28,636 nt of DNA, from assembly GCA_026417845.1 (NCBI GenBank), contig JAOACM010000001.1, positions 2,460 through 31,095 of the forward strand. The letters are read 5' to 3'. The notes below the pieces were generated by a model. The model did no database searches and was not told the origin of the DNA. It saw only the letters and a program-made list of their open reading frames with translations. The stretch is from Planctomycetota bacterium (lineage in GTDB: Bacteria; Planctomycetota; SZUA-567; H5-PLA8; CALKMO01). Below, one piece after another: positions 26,115 to 28,636 of the stretch. A program made the position numbers and the translations under genes. How positions within the stretch are numbered: the first letter of the stretch is position 1; the number at the start of each line of letters is the position of its first letter.

Positions 26115-26236
26115 GCGGGAGGATCGTACCGCCGGCAGCTGCTCCCGGTTTTTCCGTTCGGCCTTTTGTGATATTGCGGGGGCAGCTGCTATTTTGCCGT
26201 AAGCCGGCGGGGTTGGAAGGAGCGAAGGGGTTCCGC

Positions 26237-27019
26237 TTGGCGGGGTGGATACTCAAATCCGACAGGCAGATTGAGCTGATCCGCGAGGCTGGGCGGATAG
26301 TGGCCGAATGTCTGAAGCTGGCCGGGGATATGTGCGTTCCCGGCATCACGACGCGGGCGATAGACCAGGCCGTCGAGAGGCATATCCTGAAGCGCGCGGG
26401 CCGGCCGGCGTTCAAGGGATACTGCATGAGCGGCAAGGCGCCGTTTCCGGCCAGCATCTGCGCCTCCGCGAACGACATCGTCGTGCACGGCATACCGAAC
26501 GACGAGCCGCTGCGCGAAGGCGACATACTGTCCGTGGACGTGGGGGTGCTGCGCGAAGGCGTATATGGCGACGCGGCGTGGACTTTCCCGGTTGGCAGGG
26601 TGCCTCCGGAGGCGCGGCGGCTGCTCGATGCCGGCGAAGAGGCATTGAAGGCCGGCGTAGCGGCGGTCAGACCCGGCGGTTTCCTTCACGAAATTTCCGA
26701 GGCCATTCAGAGTACGGCCGAGTCGCTGGGGTATTCGGTGGTTCGCGAGTTCGTCGGGCACGGGATCGGTTTGAACCTCCATGAGGAGCCTCAGGTGCCC
26801 AACTATGTGAGCATACAGGATCGCCTGCCGGGTCGCAGGTTCACGCTGAAGCCCGGGCTGGTCCTGGCCATCGAGCCGATGCTCAACGCCGGCGGCGGCG
26901 AGGTGGCATCCAGACCTTCGGAATGGCCGGTAAGGACGAAGGACGGCTCGCTGTCGGTGCACTTCGAACATACCGTGGCCGTGTTGAAGGACAGGGCGGA
27001 GATAATGAGTCTTCCCTGA
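26237..27019 (+). CDS. map: Methionine aminopeptidase type I
   Basis: Metal-ligand motifs SVDVG, GDAAWT, GHGIG..HEEP, AIEPM and HFEHTV. Start placed at in-frame TTG 26237 with an AAGGGG SD. Confidence 0.95.
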   Translation: MAGWILKSDRQIELIREAGRIVAECLKLAGDMCVPGITTRAIDQAVERHILKRAGRPAFKGYCMSGKAPFPASICASANDIVVHGIPNDEPLREGDILSVDVGVLREGVYGDAAWTFPVGRVPPEARRLLDAGEEALKAGVAAVRPGGFLHEISEAIQSTAESLGYSVVREFVGHGIGLNLHEEPQVPNYVSIQDRLPGRRFTLKPGLVLAIEPMLNAGGGEVASRPSEWPVRTKDGSLSVHFEHTVAVLKDRAEIMSLP

Positions 27020-27049
27020 GACCCGCGGAGAACCGGGCTGTGTATATAT

Positions 27050-28627
27050 ATGTGGCGCGCGGGTTTCGAAAGGGGGTGTGCCGTGCCTTCCGGTCTGAGG
27101 ACGTTCGGTGGGACGGTGATTCCAGTCATCGCCCTTTCGTGGGGACTTCGACTCGCCGCCTGTTCCGATTTTCCCGTTTCGCCATCCAAGAAGAGAGTTT
27201 CCGCCGTAACGGTCGGGGCTGGATCAGACAGGTTTCTCGCGGCATGGATAGACCTCAGCGCCGGATCCGGCTCGCCGGCCCTGTACTGCGCCACGGTGAC
27301 GACGGGCGGACTTGTCGGGCAGCCGGATGGAGTGCTGCTGTCGGCCGGCACGGCATCCAGACCGGAGCTGGCCGTTCCGGCGCGGAACCAGATCGCGTTC
27401 GACGGGACCAACTTCCTGGTCGTCTGGCGCGACTCGAGGGCCTCATATCCGGGCGCGAACGCCAAGGCGACGGCGAACATAGTGGCGGCGCTCGTCGGGC
27501 AGGACGGTTCCGTGGTCAAGGGGGAATTTTTAATAGGCACGGGCGAAGGGGACCGGACGGATCCGCGGGTCGTGTTCAACGGGGAGTCGTTCGTCGCCGC
27601 GTGGACGGATTCGCGCGGCGGATCCTCCACCGGCAAGGACATATACTGGACGTTCATCTCCTCCGCCGGCAACCCCGACCCAGCGATGGGCAAGGCGTGG
27701 CAGGCCTTTTCCAGGGATCAGGTGCTGGAGGTTCTGGCGGCCGGTGCGTCGGGCGAGGTCATGTGCGTGTATCTCGATTCGGGAAGTTCCCCTCCCTGCG
27801 TCAGGGCCAGCCGGCTGACAAAGGCCGGCACGGTAAGGGATCCGCTGGGCATAAAGCTGCTGGCGCATCCCGTGACGGCGGGCGACATGGGACTCGCCGC
27901 ATCCGCTACCTCCAGCGGCGGCGATTACTACGTGCTGACCGCCAGCCGCAAAGACGACAATTTCTACCAGCATAAAGTGCTGGCGGACGGCACGGTGCAG
28001 GCGGCCACTGCCGATTCGCCGCTTTTCAATTTTGGCGGGACCGAGGCCGCTTACGCCTCGGGGACCTTCGTGTCGGCGACCGCCGGCGGCTGGATCGCCG
28101 CGAGGGCGCAGCCGGATTCGAGCATAAGGGCCAAGCGTGTGGCCTTTAACGGTACGGATTCCGACCCTGCGCTCCTGCTCCTGAACGATGCGCCGGTCTC
28201 CGGGGGAAGGTCCTCGCCGGCCGGCGCCGCGATGGGAACATGGTATTTTGCTGCGTGGTTAGACGGCCGGACGAACAATTCGGCATGGAGCGTATATGGG
28301 AGGGTATTTGATCTCAGCATGGCCGGGTCAGGCGATCCGGCCGTCCCGGTGCCGAGGATATCGGTCAGTCCGGCGACTGGCGCACCGCCTCTCGATGTCG
28401 CACTCGATGGAACCTCCTCGAGCGGGAACATAACTGCATGGGAGTGGGATTTCGGCGACAACAGCACGAAAGAGTATACTGCCGCCGCGGATCACACGTA
28501 CGCGAATGCAGGAGTGTACACCGCGAGGCTCAAGGTCTCCTACGGCGCATACGTCGCCTGCGATTCGGCTGTCATCGTAGTATCGGCGGGGGGGGGGGGG
28601 GGGGGGCCAGTTCCTCCGCCTGATTGA
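27050..28627 (+). CDS. Probable secreted/surface protein: degenerate beta-repeat region plus PKD domain (C-terminus uncertain)
   Basis: Repeats such as IAFDGTNFLVVWRDSR, VFNGESFVAAWTDSR and WYFAAWLDGR. PKD motif PLDVALDG.SS..I..WEWDFGD...HTY...GVYTARLKVS. Hydrophobic N-region ending LAAC. Confidence 0.78.
   Translation: MWRAGFERGCAVPSGLRTFGGTVIPVIALSWGLRLAACSDFPVSPSKKRVSAVTVGAGSDRFLAAWIDLSAGSGSPALYCATVTTGGLVGQPDGVLLSAGTASRPELAVPARNQIAFDGTNFLVVWRDSRASYPGANAKATANIVAALVGQDGSVVKGEFLIGTGEGDRTDPRVVFNGESFVAAWTDSRGGSSTGKDIYWTFISSAGNPDPAMGKAWQAFSRDQVLEVLAAGASGEVMCVYLDSGSSPPCVRASRLTKAGTVRDPLGIKLLAHPVTAGDMGLAASATSSGGDYYVLTASRKDDNFYQHKVLADGTVQAATADSPLFNFGGTEAAYASGTFVSATAGGWIAARAQPDSSIRAKRVAFNGTDSDPALLLLNDAPVSGGRSSPAGAAMGTWYFAAWLDGRTNNSAWSVYGRVFDLSMAGSGDPAVPVPRISVSPATGAPPLDVALDGTSSSGNITAWEWDFGDNSTKEYTAAADHTYANAGVYTARLKVSYGAYVACDSAVIVVSAGGGGGGPVPPPD
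28588..28606 (+). repeat. G19 homopolymer tract inside the CDS
   Basis: 19 consecutive G counted directly, 18 nt upstream of the TGA at 28625-27. Confidence 0.9.
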
Positions 28628-28636
28628 ACCCTCTGC

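Noticed and set aside
1-28636. CRISPR arrays, tRNA/rRNA, transposases, integrases, defence or toxin genes
   Set aside because: No regularly spaced direct repeats, T-loop/cloverleaf signatures or catalytic motifs for these were seen on either strand.

Overview
High-GC bacterial chromosomal segment, probably Planctomycetota. That assignment is inference from L2 'GNCMPL/LCRAAG', S5 'RCACVVKGG', a Tat-exported tandem DUF4159 protein and the absence of L30. Left part, minus strand: rplM-rpsI followed by argJ-argB-argD-argF (argF runs off the window start; no argC). Middle: a ~190-nt rod-like inverted-repeat element between divergent promoters, a tail-anchored FHA protein, a Tat-signal double-DUF4159 protein, an unassigned glycoside-hydrolase-like protein and a solitary mreB. 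Right part: a remodelled S10-spc ribosomal protein cluster. It starts at rplD behind its own promoter and a ~105-nt hairpin leader, with rpsJ/rplC absent. A signal peptidase I gene sits between rplW and rplB, rpmD is absent, and spacers are unusually long. Several proteins have long G/A/K/E/P-rich tails (L5 ~180 aa, S5 ~130 aa, S17, L15), L29 has a possible degenerate duplication and L24 is remodelled. The cluster ends secY-adk-map and then, instead of infA and the alpha operon, a repeat/PKD surface protein whose frame stops just after a 19-G tract. No tRNA, rRNA, CRISPR array or transposase was seen. All calls come from motif recognition by eye; no database searches or folding programs were run.
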